Positions 50,258 to 62,310 of a DNA stretch of 64,000 nt are shown piece after piece. Position numbers and translations under genes: made by a program. Each line of letters opens with the position of its first letter. Positions within the stretch are counted from its first letter, which is position 1. The notes under the pieces were generated by a model that had not been told where the DNA came from, ran no database searches, and saw only the letters and a program-made list of their open reading frames with translations. The stretch is taken from NCBI RefSeq assembly GCF_006345805.1, contig NC_043006.1, positions 59,768,001 to 59,832,000 on the forward strand. Direction: 5' to 3'. The stretch is from Octopus sinensis (Eukaryota).

Positions 50258-50811
50258 TTCAAATTTTGACACAAGGCCAGTAATTTCGGGGAGGAGTTAA
50301 GTCAATTACATTAACTCCAGTGCTCAACTGGTACTTATTTTATCGACTCCAAAAGGATGAAAGGCAAATTCGACTTTGGCTGGTGGTGAGTTTACACTCT
50401 GTATTTAAATGCATAGTTCATGTGGTTTCTGGTTCAATTTTACAGTGCAGCATTGGGTATTGAAATAATGATGAGTCATGTCAATGAAAAGATAGCAGTC
50501 TATATATGGTCATGTGAAAACAGCCAATGCAATGAAAAGAGGGACTTTCAAGATATGTAGTATGTGGGGTAAAACTGAAAAAATTCTGATATGAAAATCA
50601 AAACTGTCAAATCCTAATTTTAGTGGTGTTTTTCTTTCTCTTTTTTAAAAAATTGTCAGAAGCCTATATTGGGTCATATAGTTTGAGATACTCTATGTCT
50701 GAAAAGATGGGGTGGCCATGGTTAGAATGCCCTTGGTCAAAGATTTGTCTGATCAGAGCTTGACTTGTCACTGAAGAATGATTGAAAGCTTAACAAGCAT
50801 ATGAAGGTTAA

Positions 50812-51031
50812 CCCTTTCATTACTGTATTTCTGTTGAGATGCTCTGTGTTTCTTTCAATTATTTAAAATATAACAAAGAATTCAGTAAAATAACTTAGTT
50901 ATCATTCAGCTAGTGTTAGGAACATAAATTGTGACTAAAGTTTGGTGGGAGATTTTAATTCAAAACTTATGAAAACAAGACATTTGTACTCAGAGCCAGA
51001 GCCGGTTTCAGCCGGGTTGGTATCAAAAAGG
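50812..51031. mobile_element. Second piggyBac-like MITE family; partial copy at about 170-302
   Basis: TTAA|CCCTTT ... AAAAGG|TTAA; the body is nearly identical to 172-302. Confidence 0.8.
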
Positions 51032-51085
51032 TTAAAATGGCTGATAGAAACACTCCAGATGATAAAAAAAACAATTCTGTCTTAC

Positions 51086-51257
51086 GTTTTTCTTGATTCT
51101 CTGTCTGTGTTACATCATTGAAATTGGTCCCCATTGACATAATGATGTGCGAGATTGATTGCTTACTGCTACCACAGTTGAGTTGTATGGTGCTGGGTGT
51201 TATCATTGGTAAAATATTCTCTGACACACTGGTCTGACTTGAAATTATGGAATTGCA
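51086..51257 (-). CDS. LRRC9: LRRC9-like penultimate exon (57 aa + 1 nt)
   Basis: Strong acceptor ttcttatccttgcttcttccag|, open frame CNSIISSQTSVSENILPMITPSTIQLNCGSSKQSISHIIMSMGTNFNDVTQTENQEK, donor AAC|gtaaga. Phase 0 matches the preceding exon; no homology recognised. Confidence 0.65.
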
Positions 51258-51344
51258 CTGGAAGAAGCAAGGATAAGAAATTCATCATCAATCAATGATG
51301 TCCCATTTACTTACTGAGCCCAAAGCTCTAACCTCAAAGCTTAA

Positions 51345-51565
51345 CCCTTTAGTGTTCAGAATACTCTGTTAAATGTAATACTTTTTCACTCAAATTGTTT
51401 TGAATTAATCATGCATTATCTTATAGCTTTGAGGTTTCAATGATGTGATTGTTTATTTTCAGAATGGCATTGTAGGTTAGGAGTGAGAGGCTAGATATCG
51501 CCAGTTTGAATATAAAACATATAGAATATATTGGGCCGGATTTGGCCGGTTTAAACACTAAAGGG
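51345..51565. mobile_element. piggyBac-like MITE, 221 bp; decayed relatives at about 20.1-20.6 kb and 58.6-58.8 kb
   Basis: TTAA|CCCTTTAGTGTT ... AACACTAAAGGG|TTAA. Confidence 0.88.
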
Positions 51566-52971
51566 TTAAAGCCAGAGTCCAAAGTCCAAAACTCAAGCCA
51601 ACCTGATACATCCATTTCATGCTCTCAATATCACACTAACTACTCCTAACTTTTCATCCTATGACACAAATCACACCACTTTATATTTTTTTTTATTCTT
51701 TGCTCTCTTAAACTTTATCTAGAACTGCAAGCTCTTCGGAACTACCTAACCAATTCCGTGTTATTGTGTAATTAAAACAAAAATGAGTTAAGGAAAATAA
51801 TTCAATGATCAATGGTTTGAATTTCATTACTCTGTGCATATCTTGGACAAACCCAGCTGATAGCACTTTCATCAGGTTATCTGATGGATGTGCAGTCAGC
51901 CTGTTGAGATTATCTTGAACTGGCAATGTCTCCCAGTATACCAAATATACAACATAAATTCTTAATTTATTGAAATTATCTTTGCTCTGAGAAATAGTAA
52001 ATAAACACCAGGTGGCAGTTGCAACCAAGTCTGAATAAGAGGAGAGATAGTCTCAAGAATCAAGATGTCTCTAGAACTGATTGATATGCTTGCTATGATG
52101 GAAAAGACAACCTGTTTTCCATTTTGTTTTCCAGGCACATTAGGACAACTGTGGACATATGATTCTACCTCAGTAGATGCCTATATTTTCCTTGTAGGCA
52201 TCAACCAAGTGGAAATTAAAACTGAATATCAACCACATTGATTTCTATTTCTTTACTACCCACAAGGGGCTAAACATAGAGTGGACAAACAAGGACAGAC
52301 AAACGGATTAAGTTGATTACATCGACCCCAGTGTGTAACTGGTACTTAATTTATCAACCCTGAAAGAATGAAAGGTAAAGTCGACCACAGCGGAATTTGA
52401 ACTCACTCACAACGTAACGGCAGATGAAATACTGCTAAGCATTTCGTCCAGCATGCTAAAGGTTCTGCCAGCTCGCCACCTTAATATCAATCACATTGAT
52501 TTCAACAGTATGGAAAGGTCTGCAAAGGGCATGGAGAAAGGGTACAGTTTCTTTTCCCAGGACTAAAATGTAAAAAAAAAATTTTTTAAATCCATCTCAT
52601 CTATTAATTTGAATATTTTTTCATTGGACTTATGACAGAAAGAAATTATTATAAAGAGTGTATATGATCAATATAATTGAGGGATTCAATCAATTATATT
52701 GATCTCGATACATGGTCAGCATTTATTCTCTGGCGCTACAGGAAGTTAGTATAAATTTGGGTTTTGTTTGAACTTACAAGAGTGAGGTACTTAATTAGTG
52801 TCTTGTTTTATTGATCAACTTCCCGAACTATCAATCCTCATTTGCAACTGATATTAGATTGTAAGCAGAGCAGGAGTACCCTTAAACCATCTATTGTTCT
52901 CTGGTTAAAAAAAATAAAGGCAAAGATGAGTAGATCATCTTTTGCCTGTTTTAGCAGCAAATATTCCAGCT

Positions 52972-53165
52972 ATTTACATTATTTACAATTGACGGATATT
53001 TGTCCTCATCTTGTTTGTTGTTAACACAGTGTTTCGGCTGATATACCCTCCAGCCTTCATCAGGTGTCTTGGGGAAATTTCGAACCTGGGTTCTCACTCC
53101 TAAGGTATTTTTCGTTGTTGTTGTTGTTATTAATTATTATTATTATTATTATTACTATTAATTAC

Positions 53166-53203
<38 letters not shown>

Positions 53204-53373
53204 TCACCTCCTAGAATCGAACTTGGAATCTTGGGGTTAGTAGCCTGTGCTCTTAACCACTATGCCATATGCCCGTGGGCATAAACGTTGTGTTAACAAC
53301 AAACAAGATGAGGACAAATATCCATCAATTGTAAACAATGTACATAATTCCTCATCTCTTAAACATAAAACTG
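52972..53373 (-). mobile_element. Composite tRNA-headed element with a hammerhead-like core, 54-bp inverted ends and a 13-bp TSD
   Basis: TSD AAATATTCCAGCT (52959-52971 and 53374-53386); A box 53257-53267; B box 53214-53222; (AAT)n; CTGATGA-A-GGCTG-N10-CAGCC-GAAAC on the minus strand at 53063-53031. Confidence 0.8.
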
Positions 53374-54286
53374 AAATATTCCAGCTGTTTAATTGGCTGA
53401 ATTGTCAACATATTGAATTGTAGGGTAAAGTGGCTGAGTATTCCATAGGCATACGTATCCTTCATGTAATCCTTTGGCAGCTTCCGTTTCCCTAATTTTG
53501 CCCTCAAATCTAGGGGATTCAATCCGAGATCATGGTAGAAAGAACTTGTCCAAGATACCATGCATTTCCTTTGATTTTTCTATTCTTTCACTGCCTTGTA
53601 TAGTGATGTTCCTGGTGCACCACCATACATCTCTCACTTTCCTTATACACCACATCTGCCGCTCTCTAGCCCCACCTATGTTTGCAACCTATTCAACCAC
53701 ATATCATCATCATCATCATCTCTCATCCTGCCCCTGTCAGCTGTATCAGCATTACTATTCAGTTACTTTTCACCCTTATCATCACTTGTCAGCCCCAGAC
53801 ACCTCTTATCTACTATTCACTACATCCATGCTTCAACCCTATTCAATCTCTGTTGTTGTCACCTATTCTTCCCTACTTCTCTTACTTATCATCCATGCAA
53901 CACTTGTTCTTATATTCATTGCCACACCCATTCCCCATCCTCACTCTCTTATACACTCATGCAACCTTCACCCACCCTGCACCTCTAGTTCCTCTGTGCC
54001 TGTCCACTTCTACTGATCTTGTATCCTAAGGGTTCACACAGACTCCACGTCACCACTATTTTTATCTCTTCAAAAATGTTAGAAGCCATACAGCCCCTCT
54101 ACAACAAGAAACTTGTTCTGTTCTGGTCCCTACTCATACTTTAAGCCCCTCATCTCCAAGCATAGAGATGCTCTTTCTAGGGACTCATAATTATGCAAGC
54201 CAGCATGACAACCTTACTAATGCTGGTGGCACAAAAACAGCACCCAATGCAAACTGTGACAAAGTAGACATTGGAGTAGGATTTGG

Positions 54287-54710
54287 GGATCTTTTCGGTT
54301 TGAATGGCAGTTTTTTCTAGCGGTGTCATATGAAATTGTCACCCATAATTATGACCCTAGAATCGATCTATTGCATTTCAATCTCTTTTAGGGTTAGGGT
54401 TAGTTAGGGTTAGGGGTGGGGGAAGGGTATCTTTTTTTTCTTTACAAATGTAAATAAACCCAATCTGTTTCTTATACCAGGGACATATTCATATGGCACA
54501 GAATGCTTTTTAACTCAATAGACGTCACTGATTGGTTGAAATTGCAGAAATTGAAGAAAAAAAACAAATATCTTACAAACTATAGAATTTTCTCAATAAA
54601 GCAAAGAGAAAAAGATGTTTTATAAACACATTCTACCAGTATACGAAGTTTAAAATTTTTTAGTTACCTAGAAATTATGTTAAAAACTGCCATTCAAACC
54701 GAAAAGATCC
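54287..54710. mobile_element. Merlin-like MITE, 424 bp
   Basis: Perfect 29-bp TIR GGATCTTTTCGGTTTGAATGGCAGTTTTT; 8-bp TSD GGATTTGG at 54279-54286 and 54711-54718. GG termini with an 8-bp TSD fit Merlin. Confidence 0.88.
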
Positions 54711-54845
54711 GGATTTGGGATTTTGTCAAACCATCCAACCCATGCCAACATGGAAGAAGGATGTTAAATGCTGCTGCCATTGATGATGATGATGATGATG
54801 ACAATGATGCCTTCTTATTTCATTGATTACCACAGTTATAAATAC

Positions 54846-54977
54846 CTGCCCAATTCGTTCCATGAAATATGCATCAGCTTTGATGCGATCTTCTTCGGTA
54901 ATGACGTTTCCGTTGATGGCAGTCAGCATTGGGGATTGGTTAATCAAAATATGTCGCATTTGTGGCTTCTTAGAGAT
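54846..54977 (-). CDS. LRRC9: LRRC9-like exon encoding the LRR cap (44 aa)
   Basis: atatttttag|ISKKPQMRHILINQSPMLTAINGNVITEEDRIKADAYFMERIGQ|gtattt. With the previous exon it aligns without gaps to the recalled human LRRC9 C-terminal LRR and cap (DITELEKL...[26 protein letters not shown]...DDRAKAEF). Orthology is from memory and needs BLAST. Confidence 0.8.
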
Positions 54978-55336
54978 CTAAAAATATAGATATGGGTGGA
55001 TAGCTTACTATTTATGCTACATATTTATGATTTGTTTCAAATTTGAAACGAGATCAATTTGAACTAATGTCAAAATACAGACAAACAGAAAATGACATGA
55101 ACCATTAAAGAAAAACTGGTTTTGTTTTGCTGGTTTTTTATAAGAATTAAACCTTTCAAGTTTGATTAACTCAATCTTCAACCTACTGTGATGGTCATTA
55201 ATAGACCCTGTGTGGATTCTCTCTGGCTACATATTGACCGAGTAATTACAGTAATAGTATGGTAGTGGTTACTGTTGTGAGTGTGGTAGTAGTTTCTGTA
55301 GTTGTGATGTAGTGGCTCTAGTGGTTGTTATAGTAG

Positions 55337-55723
55337 TGTAGCAATATTGCTTTCTTCATTGCTATCTTCACTGTTTGAGAAAAATATTCCACTTGTTAGA
55401 ATATGGTTGAGTATGCTCTGTGTGGTCTCCGACCAAGACCTTAAGAGGTCTTAAGCCGAAAGACAGTGAATCGTGAGATGATCAGCCTATTTAAAGAGTT
55501 AAGATGGCTCAAATGAAAGGTCCTATCCGAAAGCCGTGATTGGTCAGTTTACACACTGGCGCAAAATAAGTAGAGAGACAGACCGCACTTAGATGCTAAC
55601 CAATCAGATCAGTGGACACAATAAGGTTAAACTAGCCAAAGATGTTTGTAATCTCAAATGAGATCATTCTTAATATTTTTCTCAAACAGTAAAGATAGCA
55701 ATGAAGAAAGCAATATTGCTACA
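55337..55723. mobile_element. TGT...ACA element with 52-bp TIRs (Ginger-like MITE)
   Basis: TIRs 55337-55388 and 55672-55723 with one mismatch; flanks GTAG and GTAA (imperfect 4-bp TSD). Confidence 0.75.
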
Positions 55724-56064
55724 GTAATTATTGTAGCAGAGTGGTAGCTGCAGTGGAATAGTATTGGTTGTAGTTGAGTGGTAGTGGAAGTAGTAGTTGT
55801 CATAGCGAGATAGTAGTGGTAATGTGACGGTGGCTGTAATGGTTGTTGTAATAGTTTGGTGGTCATTGTACAAGTTATTGTGGCAGTGTGGTAGTGTCTC
55901 TAGTAGTTGTTGTAGTAGCTTGGTGATAAATGTAGTAATTATTGTTGTTGTATCTATATAAGTGAGGTAGTAGCAGAGCAGCAGTTGTGAGTTTGTGTCT
56001 ACAGTGTTGTTGTAGTGGTTAAGTGCCAAACATTTACATATTGCTAAAGAGAGTGCAAGTCAGG

Positions 56065-56345
56065 TAGGGAGGCCACCTTGTTCAAATGCCTGACACATGG
56101 CTCCCCCAGAGATTGTTTTACAGTGAACTAGCAGAAGGCAAACGTATGCAAGGTGAACAGAAAAAGCACTTCAAGGATACACACAAAGCCTCACTGAAAA
56201 GTTTTGAGATCAACCCTGACACCTGGGAAATGCAAGTGTAAGACCACCCTGCCTGGCAAAGCTGCACCATTAGAGGTGTCACCTCCTATGAACAGAACAG
56301 GATTGCAGGGGCACAAAGAAAATGTAATAAGGAACACAAGTCCAG
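56065..56345 (+). mobile_element. RTE (BovB-like) LINE 3' ORF relic
   Basis: GHLVQMPDTWLPQRLFYSELAEGKRMQGEQKKHFKDTHKASLKSFEINPDTWE. Confidence 0.85.
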
Positions 56346-57602
56346 AGCCAGCTCCACACCTTCATTTCCAGGATTGGGCACAGGCGGTCACCTGTGTAGA
56401 AAGCACTCAGCACACTCTGAGTGGTTGACTCAAAGTGGTTGACATTAGGAAGGGCATCCAGCTAAAGAAACCATGCCAAAGCAGACAGTAGAGCTTGGTG
56501 CATACCTGTCGCTCACCAGTTCCAGTCAAACTGTCCAATCCCTACCAACTTGGAATATGGATGTTGTTAGATTGTGATGATGATGGTGGTGGTGATGTAC
56601 ACATATGATCAAAGGCATTCTGGCTGTGACCATTCTCTCAGTTCTTTATTTCAAGCAAAGCATATCATGTACTACATTATGCAACATGTACTTCCTTTTA
56701 AAGATGAGTGTTAAATGAGGCAGATTTGGCTACTATTTCTAGCAGGTAAACTGAAAATGCAATTGCTGTCCGTTAGCTTGTGGCTTATATGTTGTCCAAT
56801 TATCATATTTATCATATTTGTTGGAGATTGGCAGCATTGGTAGAGTAGTAGATATTTAGTTACATAGAGTAGTATTTAGTTAAATCCTCTTAGGCTTCTG
56901 AGTTCAAATCTCACTGAAGCCAACTTTGTTATTCGTAATTTTGAGGGTTGAAAAAAATAAAGTTCTAGCTGTGGAACTGTGTCTATTTTAATATCAATAT
57001 TTGTTATTCATATAAATTAAAGTTAGGCATACATGTTAGTCATATAAATTAGTTGTACATGTTAGTCATATATGCTGATCACATATATTAGGTATATATA
57101 TAATGGTCATGAGGAGGCGCAATGACCCAATGGTTAGGGCAACGGACTCGTGGTCGTAGGATCACGGTTTCGATTCCCAGACCGGACGTTGTGAGTGTTT
57201 AATGAGCGAAAACACCTAAAGCTCCACGAGGCTCCGGCAGGGAGTGGTGGCGATCCCTGTTGTACTCTTTCACCACAACTTTCTCTCACTCTTTCTTCTG
57301 TTGGCCTGCTTGCTTAACCAGCGGGGCGGTGTCATTTGAAGGCTAAAACAATGCCAAGCGCATTGTGACCAGCGATGTGTAGCAATATCTGATGGCCTGG
57401 TCGGTCACGGTGATCACGGTGATATAATGGTCATATAAGTTGATCATATACATGAGTCATAGAAACAGGTCATATATGTGAATCATATAAATTGGTCACA
57501 TATGTAAGTATGTGTATGCATGCATGCATGCACAAACATAGATGTGTGTATGTATGGAAGTCATATATAAATTTATACCATCATTTAATTTCTAATACTT
57601 AC

Positions 57603-57671
57603 TGAGTTATTAGCAAGTGAGATTTCTGTTAATGATTCTAAGGATTTCAGATGTTCCAATTCTTGAACTTC
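57603..57671 (-). CDS. LRRC9: LRRC9-like leucine-rich repeat protein, internal exon (23 aa)
   Basis: tttttattttcag|EVQELEHLKSLESLTEISLANNS|gtaagt; LxxLxxLxxIxLxxN repeat, phase 0-0. Joins in frame to the 54977 exon. Confidence 0.8.
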
Positions 57672-59174
57672 CTGAAAATAAAAAGGAAAGAAACAAAATA
57701 TATGAGTGTGCATGTACCTACACACACATACCTTTCCTGTCCTTAACCATCACCTGATTTTCAAGTAAGGGTGTTTTTATTCCATAACAGTAATAACAAT
57801 ACTTCAATCTAATTTTGGCACAAGGCCAGCAATTTCCTTTTTGGCAGGAAGGGGACAGTTGATTACATCAATCACAGTTCTTGACTGATACTTATTTTAT
57901 TTACCTTGAGAGGATGAAAAATAAAGTCAACATCATCATCATCATTTAACGTCCGTTTTCTATGCTAGCATGGGTTGGACAGTTCGACCAGGGTCTTGGA
58001 AGCCAGGAGGCTGCGCCAGGAGGCTGCGCCAGGAGGCTGCGCCAGGAGGCTGCGCCAGGCTCCAGTCTGATCTGGCAGTGTTTCTATGAGTGGATGCCCT
58101 TCCTAACGCCAACCACTCCGTGAGTGTAGTTGGTGCTCTTTACGTGCCACCGGCACAGGGGCCAGAGGAGGCTGGCAAACGGCCACGATCAGTTGATGCT
58201 TTTTACGTGTCACCGACACGGACGCCAGCCAGGCGGTGCTGGTATCAGTCACGTTCGGATGGTGCTTTTTATGTGCCACCGGCATGGGTATCTTAACCAC
58301 AATTTCCATTTGATTTTTATTTTGATGTTGGTGTTGACGTACTTGACTCAATAAGTCTCCTCAAGAACAGCGGGTCACTCTATGATCCAAGGCTAGCACA
58401 GCAGGCCATCCTGCGAGCCATGAACTCAGTTGACGGAATCTGAACTCAGAACATAAAGAGCCAGAAGAAATGCTGGTAAGCATTTTGGTGAATGCACTAA
58501 TGATTAATAAAAATGATTATGATAATAATGTTTATATTTTCTCAATTATTTAGACATGAAGCTTATCCCTTTAGTAGTCACATTATTGTCAAAAGTAATG
58601 CTTATTTATTCACATTGTTTTGAATTAATCATACTTTATCATGTAGCTTTGAAATTTTGATGAGGTAACTGTTAATATCAGGTAACTGATATTCTAGGAT
58701 TGACATGAGAGGCCAGTTTGAGTATAAAACAGTTGGAATATTTTGACTGGATACAGCCAGTTTAAATGCTGAAAGGCTAAGATATTTTAGAGGAGGAGAA
58801 ATTGCAAGTTGTGTTACTTATGCTTTTCTCAGAAGCATTGTTGAATGAATGGTTGGTCTCAGTTAGGAAATGAAACCATTTCCAAGATATCACTTCTGAA
58901 ACACAATTACACAATAACTATAATGTTATGGAGATTTACTTGCATAGCAAGTGATTTGATCTGAGATTGTGTGCTGAAACGAAAACAATTGCAGCGTGGA
59001 AGGTGTTTGTAAGCCATTTAAGAAACACACAAAAGCCGTTCGATTCACTTCAACATTTACAGATTTTTGTCAGTGAACAGTTCGCGGTCTTAAAGCGACA
59101 AAAATATTTTGACAAATTAAACTTAAATGTTGAAGTGAATCAAACGGCTTTTGTGTGTTTCTATAATGTTATGA

Positions 59175-59560
59175 ATGACCCTTAAAATCAGACCTGAAAT
59201 GCGCTGGCAACTCATCAACATACAAACAATCCAAGAGTGGCTAGTGTGTGGCCAGAAGCTGGCGATGGACTGCCTCGGATCCATGTTTGAATTCTGCATT
59301 GCCAACATATATTTCTGGTTAAAGAACACCACATACCAGCAATGCAGCAGCCTCCCGATTGGGTCCAGAGTCAGTGGTATCCTAGCAACCCTTACCCTGG
59401 ATAAACTGGAATGCAAAGCACTCCATGCAGGATGAATACATTTCTCCACCCGTATACTGGCAAGGGGAATGGATGCAGTGAACCTGCAACTAAAGGAGGT
59501 ACATTTCATTAAAAAGGTGGCACCCAGCCTTAACTGCCAGAATGGACTTGTTGGCTTGAG
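59175..59560 (+). mobile_element. Penelope-like element relic: RT core joined to the endonuclease C-terminus
   Basis: FEFCIANIYFWLKNTTYQQCSSLPIGSRVSGILATLTLDKLECKAL (PLE RT, Y.Q..GLPMGS.LS..LA.L.M..LE), then STRILARGMDAVNLQLKEVHFIKKVAPSLN. Confidence 0.85.
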
Positions 59561-61365
59561 ATTCATACACTGCGTACAGAGCCTTTCACCAATGCCAGCA
59601 GAAACCACCATATAAAACATAGAATGTCTGATGATGGATCCTTGATCTAAAAGTGCTAACGAATGTAAACTTAACCAAATAGCAGTATCGCCTGACTGGC
59701 CCTTGTGCCAGTGGCATGTAAAAAGCACCCACTACACTCTCGGAGTGGTTGGTATTAGGAAGGGCATCCAGCTGTAGAAACTTTGCCAGATCAGATTGGA
59801 GCCTGGTGCAGCCTCCTGGCTTGCCAGCCCTCAGTGAAACCATCCAACCCATGCTAGCATGGAAAGTGGACGTTAAATGACAAAGATCATGATAATGTCT
59901 ACATATATGAACACTACACAATATGTTATGAATCTCACCTATTCATATATACAAACTCACACACCCATACATCCATACATATATACACATATCCATATAC
60001 CCACACACACACCTATGAACATGTAGTCCACATGAACTAAGATATAGACATAAATACAGCTATATACCCACATATACATGCACACATATGAAAATGTAGT
60101 TCACACAGAGGTACACATAGATGTAAATATATGCATATATACCCATAATCATATGCATATATACTCATAAACACGTACACACAGACTAACATATATACAT
60201 AATGAGCTTCACATAAGTACATAGAGACACTTATATGGTAAGCTGACAGCCACATGCACTCAAAGTCATGTACATTTATAAGTAAACGGTGGGAATTGGG
60301 GTAGGCATAACATTTTTGCAAGATGGATACTGTTTATAACTTACATTAAGATTTAGGGCATTTACTATAATTATTATTAATATACCCTAAACCACATAAA
60401 ATTATAGATTAACGTTTCAAGCTATATATTATCATATAAACATAGAAGCATATGAAAAACCTTACAGTACTACTCTAACATGAAACATAAGAGAATTAAT
60501 TTAATCTAATTTGTATTTGTCTAACCTATATAATTTACAGAATGGTGTAGAAGAGAGAAACATTAAACATTAAACTGCCTCAGAATTGCTCTGACACAGT
60601 TAGAAAATTCAGTTGTTGATTGGGAGAGGGAGCCACAAGACTGAGATGGGCTTCTTTCTGTCTGCTAAATCTACCCACAAAACTGGTTGGCCAGAGGCTA
60701 GAGTAGAAGACATTTGCCTAGAACCCAGAACCATGTGGTTGAGAAGCATTTAATGTTCGGTTTTCTATGCTAGCATGGGTTGGATAGGTATTTAGTTGAA
60801 GTCAGATTTTACAGTTGGATGCTTTTCCCATTTCCATTTCTTATATGTAGGAGAGTTTTTTTTTTTTATGGTATGCAGGTATTTTGAAAAAAATACCTCA
60901 CAGAGTGAGGACTGTGCTCTGCATAGTTACAAGTTGCTTTTGGCAATGAATAACATCTTTTCAGTCACCTTACCAGGCAAAGTCATAGAACCACAGCATG
61001 GTAGATTGTGAAGGGGTTGCAGAAGAGTTCAGCTGAGCCAACAGTGCTTCTTACATTGATGTTGAGTGGAGGAATTCCTGAAAATCAATGGTCAGGATCA
61101 CCAAGAGAGTAACTGGAATGCAACCATAGGGGTAGTGTCCATGGTTACTCTTTTACTCTTTTACTTGTTTCAGTCATTTGACTGCGGCCATGCTGGAGCA
61201 CCGCCTTTAATCGAGGAACTCGACCCCGGGACTTATTCTTTGTAAGCCCAGTACTTATTCTATCGGTCTCTTTTTGCCGAACCGCTAAGTAACGGGGACA
61301 TAAACACACCAGCATCGGTTGTCAAGCAATGCTAGGGGACAAACACAGACACACAAACACACACA

Positions 61366-61407
<42 letters not shown>

Positions 61408-62126
61408 TACGACGGGCTTCTTTCAGTTTCCGTCTACCAAATCCACTCACAAGGCTTTGGTCAGCCCGAGGCTATAGTAGAAGACACTTGCCCAAGGTGC
61501 CACGCAGTGGGACTGAACCCGGAACCATGTGATTGATAGACAAGCTACTTACCACACAGCCACTCCTTAGCTAATGAAAGATTCATTATGATTCAAGCTC
61601 TCAATTTAAATTCATAATAATGGAATTGGATGGTGATAGAGAGCCATGAGAATTTGCAAAAGCAGTGCAACGAGGAAGGAGAGAGTTTTTATTCTGCTGA
61701 CCTTTGAAAGCACAGAGAAACCTGTCATAGTGTCATCAAGAAATGTTGACATTAGGATTTTTTCCTGTTTCACTCATGTAAAACTATACAACGTCAATAT
61801 TTGCAAACACACACACACACATGAATGGCTTCCTACAGTTTCCATGTACAAAATTCATTCACACACTATTGGTTGACCAGAGGCTATAATAGAAGACACT
61901 TATTTAAGAGGATGTACAGTTGGATTGAACCTGAAACCACGTGGTTGTGAAACAAACCTCTTAGCCAAACAGCCATGCTGGCACTTATGTAAATATGAAT
62001 CATTTTGAACAATGAAAGAAATCCATAGAAGAGTATTTTGTGGTACTTAGTTCAATGCGCTTATATTCTGAGTTCAAATCTTACCAAAGTCGATTTTACT
62101 ATTCACACCGGCAGCATTTATAAAAA

Positions 62127-62310
62127 TCTATTATATAAAATCCGTTCTGTCTGTCTGTGTGTGTGTCTTCTAGGATCTTGGGTATCTTCCATCCGATTGC
62201 GCTCAAATTTGACATGTAGATACCAACGGTATCAGGGCATGTATAAGTCTTGAAAAAATTACAAAAATCGATTCCAGGTGAGAATGCGATCGATAAAGCC
62301 GTTTTTGTCC
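62127..62310 (+). mobile_element. Helitron 5' fragment; similar relic at about 36685-36900
   Basis: A|TCTATTATATAAAATCCGTTCTGTCTGTCTG start typical of non-autonomous Helitrons; 3' hairpin not found. Confidence 0.6.

Noticed and set aside
51708-52028. 106-aa minus-strand ORF as an LRRC9 exon
   Set aside because: No convincing acceptor/donor pair and no recognisable similarity; 51086-51257 has much stronger splice signals.
53474-54029. Three overlapping His/Ser/Leu-rich ORFs
   Set aside because: Low-complexity C/T/A-rich DNA with no splice or domain support.
55654-56029. Thr-rich ORFs
   Set aside because: Degenerate (GTA/GTT/GTG)n microsatellite.
60972-61077. Exon-like segment between ttttcag| and |gtaagg
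   Set aside because: Stop codons in all three frames.
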